A stretch of DNA of 64,000 bases from an uncultured Methanosarcinaceae archaeon (GTDB lineage: Archaea; Halobacteriota; Methanosarcinia; Methanosarcinales; Methanosarcinaceae). Positions 1-11,711 of this stretch are shown here, one piece after another; position 1 is the first letter of the stretch; each line of letters opens with the position of its first letter. A model generated the notes under the pieces. It had not been told where the DNA came from and made no database searches. It was given only the letters and a program-made list of their open reading frames with translations. The position numbers and the translations under genes were made by a program. The stretch spans positions 604,157 to 668,156 of the forward strand of contig CAVTET010000003.1 in the NCBI GenBank assembly GCA_963733675.1. Reading direction: 5' to 3'.

Positions 1-7
1 AATTGTA

Positions 8-541
8 TCAATTCCTTAAATTTTCAATAACCTGTTTACCCCTTTTTGTGGGGATAATTGTTAATTCAGCTCCAGAAAATTTTATCTCCAGCATATCTAC
101 ATCAGCAATTCTATCCATTGTAATTGCAAGAGCTGCAACTTCCGAGTGAGGCTGATTGCCCACTGCGATATTCCAGTCAGCGAGGTAGTAAATTTCAGGA
201 GGGACCTTCTCTGCTCCTACGACAATCATAAGCTTATCACATTTTTTAAGTTCATCAGTAACATTGGGTAGATTGACCCCATACATCGAAAGGTGGCAAA
301 CTTTCCCACCACTAGCTTTCCACTCCTTGATTTCCTTATTGAAATCGACTTTATTTTTAATGTAAAAGTCCCCCCCCCAACGACTGACGACAGCCTCAAG
401 ACTCTTTACTACCACTGGGTCATCCGAAGCAAGAAGCATACCATCTGCACCAAGCAACCTAGCTGTCAAGCCAACATGTGTAGTGATTCTTTTATCTCTT
501 CCGGGGCGATGCCCCAAGCGCAACAAAATAATTTTTTTCAT
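8..541 (-). CDS. trm56: tRNA (cytidine(56)-2'-O)-methyltransferase aTrm56 (SPOUT)
   Basis: LRLGHRPGRDKRITTHV, HLSMYG, VVGAEKVP and NQPHSEVAALA motifs; start placed at MKKII. Confidence 0.93.
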   Translation of the reverse strand: MKKIILLRLGHRPGRDKRITTHVGLTARLLGADGMLLASDDPVVVKSLEAVVSRWGGDFYIKNKVDFNKEIKEWKASGGKVCHLSMYGVNLPNVTDELKKCDKLMIVVGAEKVPPEIYYLADWNIAVGNQPHSEVAALAITMDRIADVDMLEIKFSGAELTIIPTKRGKQVIENLRN

Positions 542-607
542 GCTCGTGCTAAAGCCTGAATAGGTATTAAAGGATTTCACTGAAAAAATGAAGAATATAA
601 AAGAAAA

Positions 608-2128
608 TTATTGGAATCCAAAATTTCCAGGGATTCTCCTCAAAAGCATACCTTCGACTACAATTGGATTCGTTCTCTGAGCTGTTGTCAATGCAGTTTC
701 GAGCTTGAACTCTTTTTCCGCATAGATAGTCAGAATTGAGTCTCGTTTCTTGACCGACTCACCCATTTTTTTATGGATAGCAACCCCAGCTCCCTTGTCG
801 TTAGGAGCACCTGCAAGCCTGGCAATTTCAATTATCCACTTATTGTCAAATTCTATAACGTATCCATCAGTAGAAGCAAAAAGATCAGCGGTATATCGTC
901 CAACCGGAATAGCATCGGATGTGATATTAGGGTCGCCTCCCTGAGCTTCAATGATCTGTTTCATCTTTTTAAGAGCTTTACCATTCCTGAGTGTTTCTAT
1001 CGCAAGTTCTTTACCATGGTCTTTCGGAGCTGCACCACCCATTTCTAGCAAAATACCCGCAAGACTAGCACTCTTTTCAATAAGGCTATTTGGGCCTTCC
1101 ATGCTTTCCAGCACTTTAAGAGCTTCCCTGACTTCCAGTGCTGGGCCAACCTTTCTTCCTATGGGAGAGGACCCGTAGGTGATGGCACACTCTATATTCA
1201 TTCCAAGCCTGTGCCCAAGATTAATCAGGTCTCGTGCCAATTTTTGCCCCTCCTGGATTGTAAGAATTTTTGTGCCAGCTCCTATAGGAATGTCTATTAC
1301 AACATTGTCAGCTCCAATAGCCCCCTTTTTTGCCATAATTGATGCAAGCATCTGGTAGTAAGGATCAATTGAGAGTGGGTATTCGACTCTGATTAGCTTA
1401 TCATCTGCAGGAGCGATGTTAGTGGCTCCTCCCCATACAAGAGCTCCTCCCACTTTCTCGGTTATCTCCTTGACTTCCGTAGAGGTAAACTCGACAGGAC
1501 AGAGGACTTCCATAAGGTCTGCAGTTCCACCCGCACCTGTGATTGCCCTGGAACTTGTCTTTGGAATCAAAAGTCCATTTGCAGCAACTATAGGAACAAT
1601 AAGAAGGGAAATCTTGTTTCCTGGAACTCCCCCTATGGAATGCTTGTCCATGATAGGATGTGTATCGAACTCGATCTTATCTCCCGTATCTATCATAGCT
1701 CTTGTCAGCCATTCTACCTCGTCATCAGTCATCCCATGGATATAAGTAGACGTTACAAAAGCCGAAAGTTCGACATCACTTAGGTTTTCCTCCACGATAT
1801 CATTTACTAGCATCTTGATTTCTTCTTGCAGAATAGGTTTTTTATCCATAATTTTTTTAATAACGGTTCCAGATTTTGAGCGTAATGCTGGTACAACTTC
1901 GACAGGTTTATCCCAGTCTTTGAAATGCCTGTAAATTTCGAAAAAAGCTCCAAGAACGCCTGGTGGAACCATGTCATCAGTTGTGTCCACAATAGCAGAG
2001 AGGCTTTCATGCCCACGAATGCGGATCCGCTCCCCGGGATTAACACCCAGTTCCTTCGCATCGGCAATATTCAACAACACTTTGTGCTGCCCTATTTTGA
2101 TATTAAGAGGTTCCAGCTTCAACTGCAT
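608..2128 (-). CDS. AMP phosphorylase (archaeal thymidine-phosphorylase family)
   Basis: DKHSIGGVPGNK, KTSSRAITGAGGTAD and ASIMAKK motifs plus the archaeal N-terminal extension; 506 aa. Confidence 0.93.
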   Translation of the reverse strand: MQLKLEPLNIKIGQHKVLLNIADAKELGVNPGERIRIRGHESLSAIVDTTDDMVPPGVLGAFFEIYRHFKDWDKPVEVVPALRSKSGTVIKKIMDKKPILQEEIKMLVNDIVEENLSDVELSAFVTSTYIHGMTDDEVEWLTRAMIDTGDKIEFDTHPIMDKHSIGGVPGNKISLLIVPIVAANGLLIPKTSSRAITGAGGTADLMEVLCPVEFTSTEVKEITEKVGGALVWGGATNIAPADDKLIRVEYPLSIDPYYQMLASIMAKKGAIGADNVVIDIPIGAGTKILTIQEGQKLARDLINLGHRLGMNIECAITYGSSPIGRKVGPALEVREALKVLESMEGPNSLIEKSASLAGILLEMGGAAPKDHGKELAIETLRNGKALKKMKQIIEAQGGDPNITSDAIPVGRYTADLFASTDGYVIEFDNKWIIEIARLAGAPNDKGAGVAIHKKMGESVKKRDSILTIYAEKEFKLETALTTAQRTNPIVVEGMLLRRIPGNFGFQ

Positions 2129-2174
2129 AAATAAACTCCTTCCATTTAGTTCTCTTGGCCTTTATACTTTTTTT

Positions 2175-3028
2175 GGTTCCGTTGCAAAAAATCCAAAAAA
2201 ATATGTGAATCTATAAGTAATGGATAAAAATCAAAATATTAAAGAAAAATGTACTAACATTATAAAACTATACCAAACAATTGATTAATGTATTTGACTT
2301 CACCAAGAACAGAGTAATTTAAATTATTGACTTGTCCTTTTTTGATCATATTTATAGCTTCAATTCCTTTTAAAGTCTTACTAGCAGATAGAAAAGACTG
2401 AAATCCTAACATTGGATTAACGATTCTCTTTATAGATCTGTGATCTTGTTCTATAATGTTATTCAAATACTTGATTTGTCGAATGCCTACGTTTTTAGGT
2501 AGTATTTTATCAATTTTTAGTTTATCTATAGCAGGTGGATAAGCTGGATTTTTATCTACAGTTATTACCTTTGGAATTTGACTATGATTAGAACTTAAAG
2601 CTTTCTTAAAGAATCTCTTCGCTGCCTTTCTATCTCGTTTTGAACTTAACATGAAATCAATTGTATCTCCATTTGAGTCAACTGCTCGGTAAAAATATTT
2701 CCATTTACCTTTTACTTTGATATAGGTTTCATCAACTCTCCACGAATCATTTGTTGGTCTTAAATGTCTTCTTATCTTCTTTTCTATTTCAGGGGAATAT
2801 TGATGTACCCATCTCATGATTGTTGTATGGTCGACTTTTACTCCCCTTTCTGCCATCATTTCCTTTAAATTTCTATAACTTAATGCATATTTTAAGTACC
2901 ATCTTACATTCAATAAGATAATTTCCCCTTCATAATGCTTCCATTTAAAGGAATTAGATAGCATACTACTATCTTTGGTTTTCTTTTTATTCTATTGTAT
3001 CATTAGAAAGAATTTTTGCAACGGAACC
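2175..3028 (-). mobile_element. IS6-family insertion sequence, apparently intact
   Basis: Terminal inverted repeats GGTTCCGTTGCAAAAA / TTTTTGCAACGGAACC; 8-bp direct repeat CTTTTTTT at 2167-2174 and 3029-3036. Confidence 0.95.
2260..2964 (-). CDS. IS6-family DDE transposase
   Basis: SWRVDETYIKVKGKW, YRAVD, NNIIEQDHR motifs; 234 aa uninterrupted. Confidence 0.95.
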   Translation of the reverse strand: MLSNSFKWKHYEGEIILLNVRWYLKYALSYRNLKEMMAERGVKVDHTTIMRWVHQYSPEIEKKIRRHLRPTNDSWRVDETYIKVKGKWKYFYRAVDSNGDTIDFMLSSKRDRKAAKRFFKKALSSNHSQIPKVITVDKNPAYPPAIDKLKIDKILPKNVGIRQIKYLNNIIEQDHRSIKRIVNPMLGFQSFLSASKTLKGIEAINMIKKGQVNNLNYSVLGEVKYINQLFGIVL

Positions 3029-3309
3029 CTTTTTTTAACAACAACTTTGTTCCAATTAATATCCATGAATCAAGACTTTCGGTAAATTTACCTAAACTAA
3101 AAACCAACAAAAAAGCCCGAAAAGGAGTCTTGAGGCTTGAGATCAAATTTAAAACTGAGGTTGCTTATTTACCGTGATATTATATTAATTAAATCCGTAA
3201 AATAAACTTATGGAAAAAAATAAATAACTGAAAAAAGACTGTTCATAATTTTTAGATTTTGCGGATGTGCACATATATATAATTTGTTTGCTGTTTGTCC
3301 ACTATTTAC

Positions 3310-3755
3310 ATCCGCCTGATACAGGCCTCATCTTCTTTCCCCATAATTACAATTATTTTACTATTTTATATGTTTATCAACCTAAAAGAACACAGTTTCA
3401 ACAATTACCCTCTTCTGAATTTTCTCGCTCTTTATACTAGGTTTCATTTTCATATATCTCTTAATTTGCAATCAGATGCAATCTAATTGTGGTAATTTTC
3501 CTTGCTAAAGCAATAATTGATTTTTCATACACAATTGATTTCTTCTTCCGGTTAAAAAAATTTATCTTAATTTGCTATTCTTCTTTCTTGCTACTGCCTG
3601 AACAATCTGCATTAGGATCCACCTCACTACCTTTGATCCTTTTTAGGATTCTTCCATTGCAAAATTTATCCGTAAGTTGTTATATATTCGGAAGAACTCC
3701 ATTCAATGAAGCAAGCTTATCTAATGACGGAAAATTCTTGAATTCTCCCATCTAG
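3310..3755 (-). pseudogene. Degraded IS110-family transposase, C-terminal part
   Basis: Minus-strand fragments FPSLDKLAS, DKFCNGRI, FFNRKKKSI, IIALARKI, broken by stops and frameshifts; boundaries approximate. Confidence 0.6.
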
Positions 3756-4742
3756 CAATTAGAGTTACTAAACCAATTCCTCCAAACATAGAAACTTACA
3801 TTAAAATTTCCACATCAATTTTGTAGTATGCATAAAATGATTGAAAATCAGAAAGACAAAAGGGGCTCAGAAATTCACTCTTTTTCAGTGGTGATAACCT
3901 AAAACCACAAAAAACTCGAAGATCTATAAGCGACGATTCTCGATCGAATATTGTTATCAAAATCGAAATGTTTCCAAAACATAGGTATTTTCAAAAACAA
4001 ATGTTTTGCCTTTATTTATGAGTAATGGATGGAATACTTACTCCAAGCGATATCAAATACCACTGAATTTAAAAAAAAATTAGTATAGTTTAGGTTGGTA
4101 AATACAATCCATAGATAAATCATTGAATAGTGATAATTCTATTCTTATCATATCCAAAAACAACATGATTCTATGTGTACAGGGCAATTTAATCTGAAAA
4201 TTGTTACCCTCTATAAACTGGAACTTAAGACGAAAAATTGGAAAGGAAAAAAAATTAATATTCAACATTAATTTCCTGCAAAATGTGTGAAAAATTGCTG
4301 AATTTACTGAATATCTGAACCAATGGTGGGGTACTTAATTTATGCAAATGTACTAATTATTCCAAAAGAGGACAGTAATCAAATAAATTTGGATGAAATT
4401 ATACTCTTTTTTCAAAACTGGGGAAGAACCAGAAAAAATTGAAAAGACTCGAAAATGATGGAAATACTGATTACAAACCTATATAGAAAAAACAAAACGA
4501 ATATGTTAAAATTATCAGGAAGTGTAACTTTGAGTGAAAATGGATTGAAAATCTTCAAAAATAAGTTAACTTCACAATGCTAAAGTAGCTACGGACATTT
4601 TATTGTACAAAAATTCCTTGTCAAGTTTTAAATCTTATGACAAAACCACAAAACTAAAAAAAACAGATAAAAAGAATATAGAAATAAAAATTAAAAAAAG
4701 TTAAGATGTTTGAAGCTCCAGGTTATTTTTCTCCATCCTTAA

Positions 4743-6290
4743 TTAATCTCTCAAAATAAGTGATGTTCCTGTCATATCCTGCGGTTTTGGAACGTTGAGG
4801 AGTTCCAGAAGAGTCGGAGCGAGGTCACATAGTTTTCCATTCTTAAGAGCTTTTACCTCATCATTTCCTACGTAAATGCATCTTACTGGATTTGAAGTAT
4901 GTGCAGTATGTGGTTCTCCTGTTTCCGTGTCTATCATCTGTTCGGCATTTCCATGATCTGCAGTTATAAGTGCGATGCCTCCCTTTTCTTTCAGAGTCGC
5001 TACAATCCTGGCCACGCAACTATCCACGACTTCTATTGCCTTTACTGCAGCTCCACATATTCCGGTATGGCCAACCATATCCATGTTTGCGAAATTAAGG
5101 ATAATAACATCATACTTTCCTGATCGAATTTTACTGATAACTTTATCCGTAACCTCATAAGCACTCATTTCTGGTTTAAGGTCATAAGTAGCGATCTTCG
5201 GAGAAGGGATAAGACAACGATCTTCTCCTTCATAGCATTTTTCCTGCCCGCCGTTAAGGAAAAAAGTTACATGGGCATATTTTTCAGTCTCAGCAATTCG
5301 GAGCTGAATAAGTCCCTTCTTACTAATAACTTCCCCAAACACATTTTTCAGCTTGTCTGGAAGAAAAGCAATGGGCAAATCTAGGTTTTCATCATACTGC
5401 GCCATGCAAACATAGTAAACCTTCGGACATTTTTTCCTCACAAAGTCTTCAAAGTTCTCTTTCACAAAAGCCCAGGTAAGTTGTCGCGCCCTATCTGGCC
5501 TAAAATTGAAGAAGATCACAGAATCATTATCTTTTATTGTTGCTTCAGGCTTTCCTTCTGAATCAATGATTATAGTTGGTTTTACAAACTCATCAGTCTC
5601 TCCCCTTAAATAAGCCTCAGAAACTGCAATCTCTGCGTTAGGAGCTGTATAAGGGGCAACTCCATTTGTTAGAGCTTCAAAGGCAATTTTTGTCCTATCC
5701 CAACGCTTATCTCTGTCCATTGCATAATACCGCCCTGAAACAGTTGCGATTTTTGCATCCCCATTTTGTTTACAAAAAGCATCTAGTTTCTTTATGTCGC
5801 CAAGAGCAGACTTTGGGGGCACGTCTCTTCCATCCAGAAAAACATGTATGTAAACTTTATTTAGCTTGTTTTCACTTGCAAGTTTTATAAGTGCAAAAAT
5901 ATGGGTCATATAACTGTGTACGCCTCCATAGGAGAGGAGTCCCATGAGGTGAAGGCTTGAGTCGTTAACTTTTACATTTGAAATCGCATTCAGAAAAATG
6001 GGATTTTTGAAAAAATCTCCATTTTTAATAGAGAGGTTTATTCGGGTAAGATCTTGGTATACTATCCTCCCCGCCCCTATGTTCAGATGCCCAACTTCAG
6101 AGTTTCCCATCTGACCCTCTGGAAGACCGACAGCCTCTCCGGAAGCTTCTAAAAAACACCATGGATATTCCTTCATCAAAATATTAAGGTTTGGAGTTAT
6201 AGCTGCCAGAATATCATTTCCTTCTTTATCTTCTCTGTATCCCCAACCATCGAGGATAATGAGCATAAGAGGTCTTTTTGTCTGTGTCAT
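4743..6290 (-). CDS. gpmI: 2,3-bisphosphoglycerate-independent phosphoglycerate mutase
   Basis: [41 protein letters not shown] motifs. Confidence 0.96.
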   Translation of the reverse strand: MTQTKRPLMLIILDGWGYREDKEGNDILAAITPNLNILMKEYPWCFLEASGEAVGLPEGQMGNSEVGHLNIGAGRIVYQDLTRINLSIKNGDFFKNPIFLNAISNVKVNDSSLHLMGLLSYGGVHSYMTHIFALIKLASENKLNKVYIHVFLDGRDVPPKSALGDIKKLDAFCKQNGDAKIATVSGRYYAMDRDKRWDRTKIAFEALTNGVAPYTAPNAEIAVSEAYLRGETDEFVKPTIIIDSEGKPEATIKDNDSVIFFNFRPDRARQLTWAFVKENFEDFVRKKCPKVYYVCMAQYDENLDLPIAFLPDKLKNVFGEVISKKGLIQLRIAETEKYAHVTFFLNGGQEKCYEGEDRCLIPSPKIATYDLKPEMSAYEVTDKVISKIRSGKYDVIILNFANMDMVGHTGICGAAVKAIEVVDSCVARIVATLKEKGGIALITADHGNAEQMIDTETGEPHTAHTSNPVRCIYVGNDEVKALKNGKLCDLAPTLLELLNVPKPQDMTGTSLILRD

Positions 6291-6567
6291 ATGAAGGGAA
6301 TTCCACAGTCGTTCATAAATAGATTGCTATGAGACTTTATGCTAACTGTTATTAGATTCCACAGGATGTGTTGAGAAATGTTAAAGAATATATATATGTA
6401 TTGATTTGTTGAAAATTAGACTTATCGACCTTAATTATAAGTATTAAAAATTACATATATAGCCTTGAACTAAAAAAAAGAGACCTCAAAAAAAGCAAAA
6501 GGTTTCTATATAAATTTTATTGAAGTTCATGTTAAACATCCGAATAACGGAAGGAGGATTTGATTTC

Positions 6568-7179
6568 ATGAGTGGAAACATTAAAGATATTACGAGCATC
6601 CGTGATGTGGCTGTAAATATAGCGGATAAAACCGCAAATCCTGCTCCTCTTGGTTTGATGGGTTTCGGAATGACTACTGTGCTTCTTAACCTGCATAACG
6701 CAGGATACTATTCACTGGGAGGAGTAATTCTTTCGATGGGCATCTTCTACGGTGGATTAGCGCAAGTTGTTGCTGGAATAGAGGAATGGAAAAAAGGCAA
6801 CACTTTTGGAGCTACTGCTTTCACCTCATATGGATTCTTCTGGCTCACTCTGGTGGGAATTGTTCTACTGCCTAAGTTAGGAGATAATTTTACTGCACTT
6901 GCTCTAACAGCAAAAGACTTTGCCGCATATTTATTCTTATGGGGAATCTTCACCCTGTACATGTTCATAGGCTCACTGAGAACAACAAGGGCTCTTCAGT
7001 TTGTATTCCTGTCGTTGACCATCCTGTTCTTCTTGCTTGCTGCAGGGACTTATCTGGGCAACCCAGCAATAACCAAAATTGCCGGCTATGAGGGAATCAT
7101 CGTAGGCCTTTCAGCAATTTATGCTGCCATGGGTCAGGTACTAAACGAGATGTATGGAGAGAAGATTATTCCTCTATAA
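6568..7179 (+). CDS. Acetate uptake transporter (SatP/GPR1/FUN34/YaaH family)
   Basis: [11 protein letters not shown] signature, about six TM segments; AGGAGG RBS before ATG 6568. Confidence 0.92.
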   Translation: MSGNIKDITSIRDVAVNIADKTANPAPLGLMGFGMTTVLLNLHNAGYYSLGGVILSMGIFYGGLAQVVAGIEEWKKGNTFGATAFTSYGFFWLTLVGIVLLPKLGDNFTALALTAKDFAAYLFLWGIFTLYMFIGSLRTTRALQFVFLSLTILFFLLAAGTYLGNPAITKIAGYEGIIVGLSAIYAAMGQVLNEMYGEKIIPL

Positions 7180-7213
7180 TATTTACCTACATTCTATAGC
7201 TGCACACAAATTA

Positions 7214-7303
7214 AGAGGATTTCGATATACTCTGAGTTTCACGAATCGTATATATGCCAATTATAAGCATATGACGAAATTAAGCGGTTTATCGAAATCT
7301 TCT
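7214..7303. repeat. ~90-bp MITE-like repeat, copy A
   Basis: Termini AGAGGATTTCGATATACTCT / AGCGGTTTATCGAAATCTTCT are inverted; core shared with other copies. Confidence 0.75.
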
Positions 7304-7699
7304 ATAACTTTTTTGCCTTTTTGCCCAATATTATTCATTGAAAGTTAGATTAATTTTTAAGCTACTGCTATATTGATAAAATAGAGGGCATTTTAGGTAC
7401 AGCTATGGAAAGTGGAATCTATAATGTGCATGTTTTGATGTTTTAATATCCTTATTTTTTAGACTTTTAAATATCTATGAGATCGAAAAAATTTATTATT
7501 AATTTCATTGAAACTGATTGTAGTCAATCAAAGCTACCAGTTATGATCGTTTTAATTGTTTCCTGTTAAATAACAGTGCACTTTTCTGAGTTAGATCGAC
7601 TGGAGTTATTGGATCGATTCTAATGGCTATTTTTACTCTCATTCTGTTGGATGGGTGACCTGAAGGTCAAATAAATTGCAAACTCATAAACCACGCGAA

Positions 7700-9415
7700 T
7701 CAAATTTCAATAAACTTTTCCAATTTTTCGCCTTCATTTACACGCCTGATAAAATCGGCCCTATCAATATACGGAAGTCCAGCAATAACTGAAGCGGCAA
7801 CTTTTCTGCTAATTCCAGGTAATTCTTTTACAAGGGCAAAAGAAGCCATGTTTATAGGCAGAGGATAAGGAATACTAGTAATCGAGCGCATCCCATGCCC
7901 GGTGACAATAACGTCAGTAAATCTTCGCAAAGGCAGAGATGCAGGAATCCCTATCAGTAAAGGATATGAACCAAGCTGTCTCCCAAAAGTAACTCCCTTT
8001 TCATGCACTTCACAAATGACGTCTCTGAGCACCGTACCATCTGGCACAACGCGCCGTAACATAGGAAGGTCAATAGTCTTTCGAACCTTTTCCTTATAGT
8101 CCATAAAGAGTTTCTTGTTTATCCTCCCAGCTTTTTCCTTCCTATAAATAGGCGTTCCGGGAAAGGCCATAACCTGGCGAATGTTGATCCTACGCAAGAG
8201 CATTCCAGAATCGAGCACATTCTTAAGGAAATAATAATTAAGTTGAAAAGTTTTTTTAGATTCTTCAATCAGCCCGTGCACAAAATTGACACCAGGAAGA
8301 ATTTCTGGAAGTCCGTTTGCCCCTCTAACTCTTCCATACTTATTCACAAGTTTAATTGCCTCAAAAACTTCGTCGGAGCTTGCCTTAAGACAGTTTGCTG
8401 CAATTACCCGTGGATCGGCACTTTCCATCCCGAATGCAGTCACGTCCCCTGCGGTATGATATTTAATTATTGTTTTAAGAATCTTCTCCGATTCCTGTGG
8501 ATAGGTGGCAAGAGTATTAGGATTCGCATTGTCCATATGTAGCACTGAAAGATCAGGAGCAGCATTCCGGATCCCCATATAAAGCCTTTCAATTATATCA
8601 GGCTCAGGCTTTGGAACAGGCCCTCCAATATCTATCCCATGATAGGAAAAGAGATCCGATTGACGCCCTATCCTAAAATAACTAGCTCCATGAGCATAAA
8701 GAGCTGATACTTCATTGATCACCTCTTCCACATTGCGGTAATCTGGAGCTCCATAAAAGGGTTCTGTACAGAAAGAGCAGTGAACCTGCCTGTTACAGCC
8801 TCTGTAGGTTTCAAGTTCACACATGCAATAAGGGTAATCCGGATGCTGCCGGATCAAAAAAGCCCCTTTCGGCCCCCAACGCCCAATTTCAGCTGTTGTC
8901 CTGAAGCGGTGCTCAATTACTTCCGGAATTTTCAGACATGATGGATAAATCCCACTTCCACTAGATCTTCTTTCAAATAGATCATAAACAAAAGCCTCTA
9001 TATCTATTCGAGCAATTAAGACGTTTTCAAGGATTAATAAATCTTCAGTACCTTTTGCAACTTCTCCACCTTCTTTGCTAAATCCTGATCTGATTGGACC
9101 GCCGAGTATTTTTATGCCACCTGCAACCCGGAAGATAGCCTCTATTTCTTCAAGGGTTATAGGGGAAGCCCGAAGGTATTTTCCGGGCACTGTCATTCCT
9201 GCAATAACAATCAAAATTTCTGCTCTTTCTATAAGTCCCCCGATATCAGGAGGATTTTCTCTCAGAGTGTCGATGGTATAGTAATGGATATCTTTTTCAT
9301 GAAGCCCGCGTTCTCTGAGAGCTCCTGCTATGTAACGTGGATATGGGGAAAGGTATGGAGGAACCCCCAGGCAGGAAGGTTCGTCCACATAGCCATCTAT
9401 AATAAGCGCTTTCAT
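7700..9415 (-). CDS. Radical SAM protein with C-terminal TRAM-like and helix-hairpin-helix regions (COG1031-like)
   Basis: IIDGYVDEP, ETYRGC-x5-CSFC, RRINIRQV, C-terminal LPGIS HhH-like motif. Confidence 0.85.
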   Translation of the reverse strand: MKALIIDGYVDEPSCLGVPPYLSPYPRYIAGALRERGLHEKDIHYYTIDTLRENPPDIGGLIERAEILIVIAGMTVPGKYLRASPITLEEIEAIFRVAGGIKILGGPIRSGFSKEGGEVAKGTEDLLILENVLIARIDIEAFVYDLFERRSSGSGIYPSCLKIPEVIEHRFRTTAEIGRWGPKGAFLIRQHPDYPYCMCELETYRGCNRQVHCSFCTEPFYGAPDYRNVEEVINEVSALYAHGASYFRIGRQSDLFSYHGIDIGGPVPKPEPDIIERLYMGIRNAAPDLSVLHMDNANPNTLATYPQESEKILKTIIKYHTAGDVTAFGMESADPRVIAANCLKASSDEVFEAIKLVNKYGRVRGANGLPEILPGVNFVHGLIEESKKTFQLNYYFLKNVLDSGMLLRRINIRQVMAFPGTPIYRKEKAGRINKKLFMDYKEKVRKTIDLPMLRRVVPDGTVLRDVICEVHEKGVTFGRQLGSYPLLIGIPASLPLRRFTDVIVTGHGMRSITSIPYPLPINMASFALVKELPGISRKVAASVIAGLPYIDRADFIRRVNEGEKLEKFIEI

Positions 9416-9674
9416 GCAAGTTCTCGTTTACATTTTTTAGAGATAGGACTTCAGCAGTTGAACTAAAAAATCAGCATCATTAAACCTTTAATAATCTCAA
9501 ATTAAATCTGAGCACAACATAAATTTCATTTGATCTCATACCTCAAGCTAGTAAGTATTGTGACATTTGAAGATGGTAGTATATATCGCAGTTAGATGTT
9601 AAATTACAAGTAATTGAAAAAACATAAACTTAGAAACGAAAAAAAATCCAACAAAAATATCCACGGAAAATAAG

Positions 9675-9747
9675 GGCCGGGACCGAGAATTGAACTCGGA
9701 TCGTAGCCTCCACAGGGCCACAGGATAACCTCTACCCTACCCCGGCC
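9675..9747 (-). tRNA. tRNA-His (GUG), G-1 encoded, CCA not fully encoded
   Basis: Reverse complement folds to a cloverleaf: acceptor GCCGGGG/TCCCGGC, anticodon loop CTGTGGA, T-loop TTCAATT. Confidence 0.95.
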
Positions 9748-9794
9748 ACAGGAGCATGGTAATTCAGATTTGAAGCAACCTATAAAAGGAGTTT

Positions 9795-9814
9795 ATTTAT
9801 ATAAAGTTTTTGCC
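9795..9814 (-). promoter_or_regulatory. BRE/TATA promoter of tRNA-His
   Basis: Minus strand GGCAAAAACTTTATATAAAT about 50 bp upstream of the tRNA. Confidence 0.6.
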
Positions 9815-10544
9815 GAAAAGGCCTCTGTTACAAAAATACCCTATGCTTGTTGATTAAGTGACAATTAATAAGTACTGAAGTAACTATATTGCTTTTAATA
9901 TTGCTTTATAAATAACACATCTATTGACTTTTTTTCAATATCATTACTAAAACATTATTTAAATTAAGTTAAAACTTTATTATTTTTTTACGAGCTTGAG
10001 CTAAAATCTGAAAACTAGGAAATAGTAAAAAGTATCGAATCTAAGTAAGTCTCTGTAAGACTGAAACTTTTGCCGTCAAATGCAGTTTTTTTTCTGTCTG
10101 AGTCCAGTATTGTGTGAGAAAAATTACTTTCAAAACATACACAGTTAGCTGATCGAGTGAAAGGTAGCCTCAAAAAATAGATTTCAAAAATGCAGATTCT
10201 CTTAGACTTCATCTTTTAAATGTTCTTATTGAACAAATAAATATGTACAAAGAAATCAAATCAGTACTTGAATTAAATTCATTACTGAGTTTTAGAACTA
10301 TAGAAAAAAACCAATCAATACCATCAATAGTAACTTGATAATTATCAAAACGCTTTCATACTTGCTTTATGAATCTTATTTCCTAAGCTTTGAATTTTTT
10401 GGTTGTTGAATTTAAGTAAACTTGGAACAATATTAATAAAAAACATATTCATCATATTTTGGCTGATGAGTATAGCATTGTTAATATATAACTACTACCG
10501 GTAAGACACTACTTATACTGTAGCAATTTCAATGGGGTGAGACA

Positions 10545-10901
10545 ATGGATTTTGCTTGTAAAGAGTTCCAAGTAGAAGATATAATTAAATGTGCTCTTAA
10601 TCTAACAAAAGCAGACCTCAAGGTTATGAAATATTTCTTAAAAGAAACAGACCAGTGGGCTGAAACTTACTTTCTTTCAAAAACTTTGACTCTGGACATA
10701 TCCACAATCCAGCGTTCCGTAAAAAAATTGCATGAAAAAGAAATTTTACAAAGGTCCCAGCAAAATCTGGATGGAGGAGGGTATGTTTTTAGATATAAAA
10801 TCCATTCTAGAACCAAAATAAAAAATATTATAATGATTGTAGTCAATTCCTGGGCAGATCGGTTAGGACAGGAACTGGAAAAATGGGGAAATGGAGAATA
10901 G
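10545..10901 (+). CDS. Winged-helix transcriptional regulator (TrmB/MarR-like)
   Basis: HTH segment LSKTLTLDISTIQRSVKKL and wing GGGYVFRY; GGGGTGA RBS. Confidence 0.8.
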   Translation: MDFACKEFQVEDIIKCALNLTKADLKVMKYFLKETDQWAETYFLSKTLTLDISTIQRSVKKLHEKEILQRSQQNLDGGGYVFRYKIHSRTKIKNIIMIVVNSWADRLGQELEKWGNGE

Positions 10902-11173
10902 TTTTTCCTACAAACTATAGCAAACGAAAAAAATCGGCCATATAGCTCAAAATTTTATTATTGGACAAAAATCGGATTCATGAAATGTAGAACTTCAGAA
11001 GCGTCTTTCCTGAAGATGCCATTAAATTCAATTTATTCCACTTTAGTTATTTGGAAAGAAATATAAATGTCTCCTGAAAAAGATAAACATTCCGAACCTA
11101 CGAGTATAAATCAAAAAGTTAAACAAAAAAGTATTTCTAAAAGCTGACATTAGCATGATCAAGTGGACATAGT

Positions 11174-11266
11174 AGAGATTATTCCGATAAACCTCTTATT
11201 CTTACTAGTCACCTATATAAAACTTATAAGAATATTATTAAATTTAGGAGTCTATTGAAATCCTCT
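11174..11266. repeat. ~90-bp MITE-like repeat, copy B
   Basis: TTCCGATAAACCTCT ... TCTATTGAAATCCTCT inverted termini. Confidence 0.65.
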
Positions 11267-11570
11267 ATAAATTATTCACAAATAAACTAAAACTTGCGAG
11301 AAAAAGAACATTTCAAAACGAGTACTGAACTATCATCAACACAGAAAACAGACCTTTCTGGAATTTTCGGTGAATCAATTAACTTTGACAGATTTGAACT
11401 TCATTATTACATATTATCCAGAAAATATCTTATAAAGTAAAAAATGTCAAAAGAATTAATAATTTACACAATGTAAATACAATTTTAATTCTAAAAATAG
11501 AGGTTAGATGTGTACATGAAGTTTTTTCTTGTTGCCTATTGAGAAAAATTGGAAACTAATAAGAGTAGTG

Positions 11571-11710
11571 GGAGTCAAATACGGAAAATAATCATTTCAT
11601 AAATTATTTGAGATAGTTTTATAATGTTGGTACATTCCCCTCGGATATTTTGCCTTTTATTCATTATCCATATATTTACATGCTTATTCTGAATTTTTTG
11701 CAACAAAGCT
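11571..11710 (+). mobile_element. IS6 right-end relic
   Basis: Aligns by eye with 25536-25663 (ATAGTTTTATAATGTT...TTTACATGCTTATT...TTTTTGCAAC). Confidence 0.7.
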
Positions 11711-11711
11711 C

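Noticed and set aside
7700-9415. Radical SAM enzyme as maturase for the leader peptides (RiPP cluster)
   Set aside because: Conserved COG1031-type gene in a housekeeping context 13 kb away; no SPASM or RRE features; the leaders look like hydrophobic Sec signals
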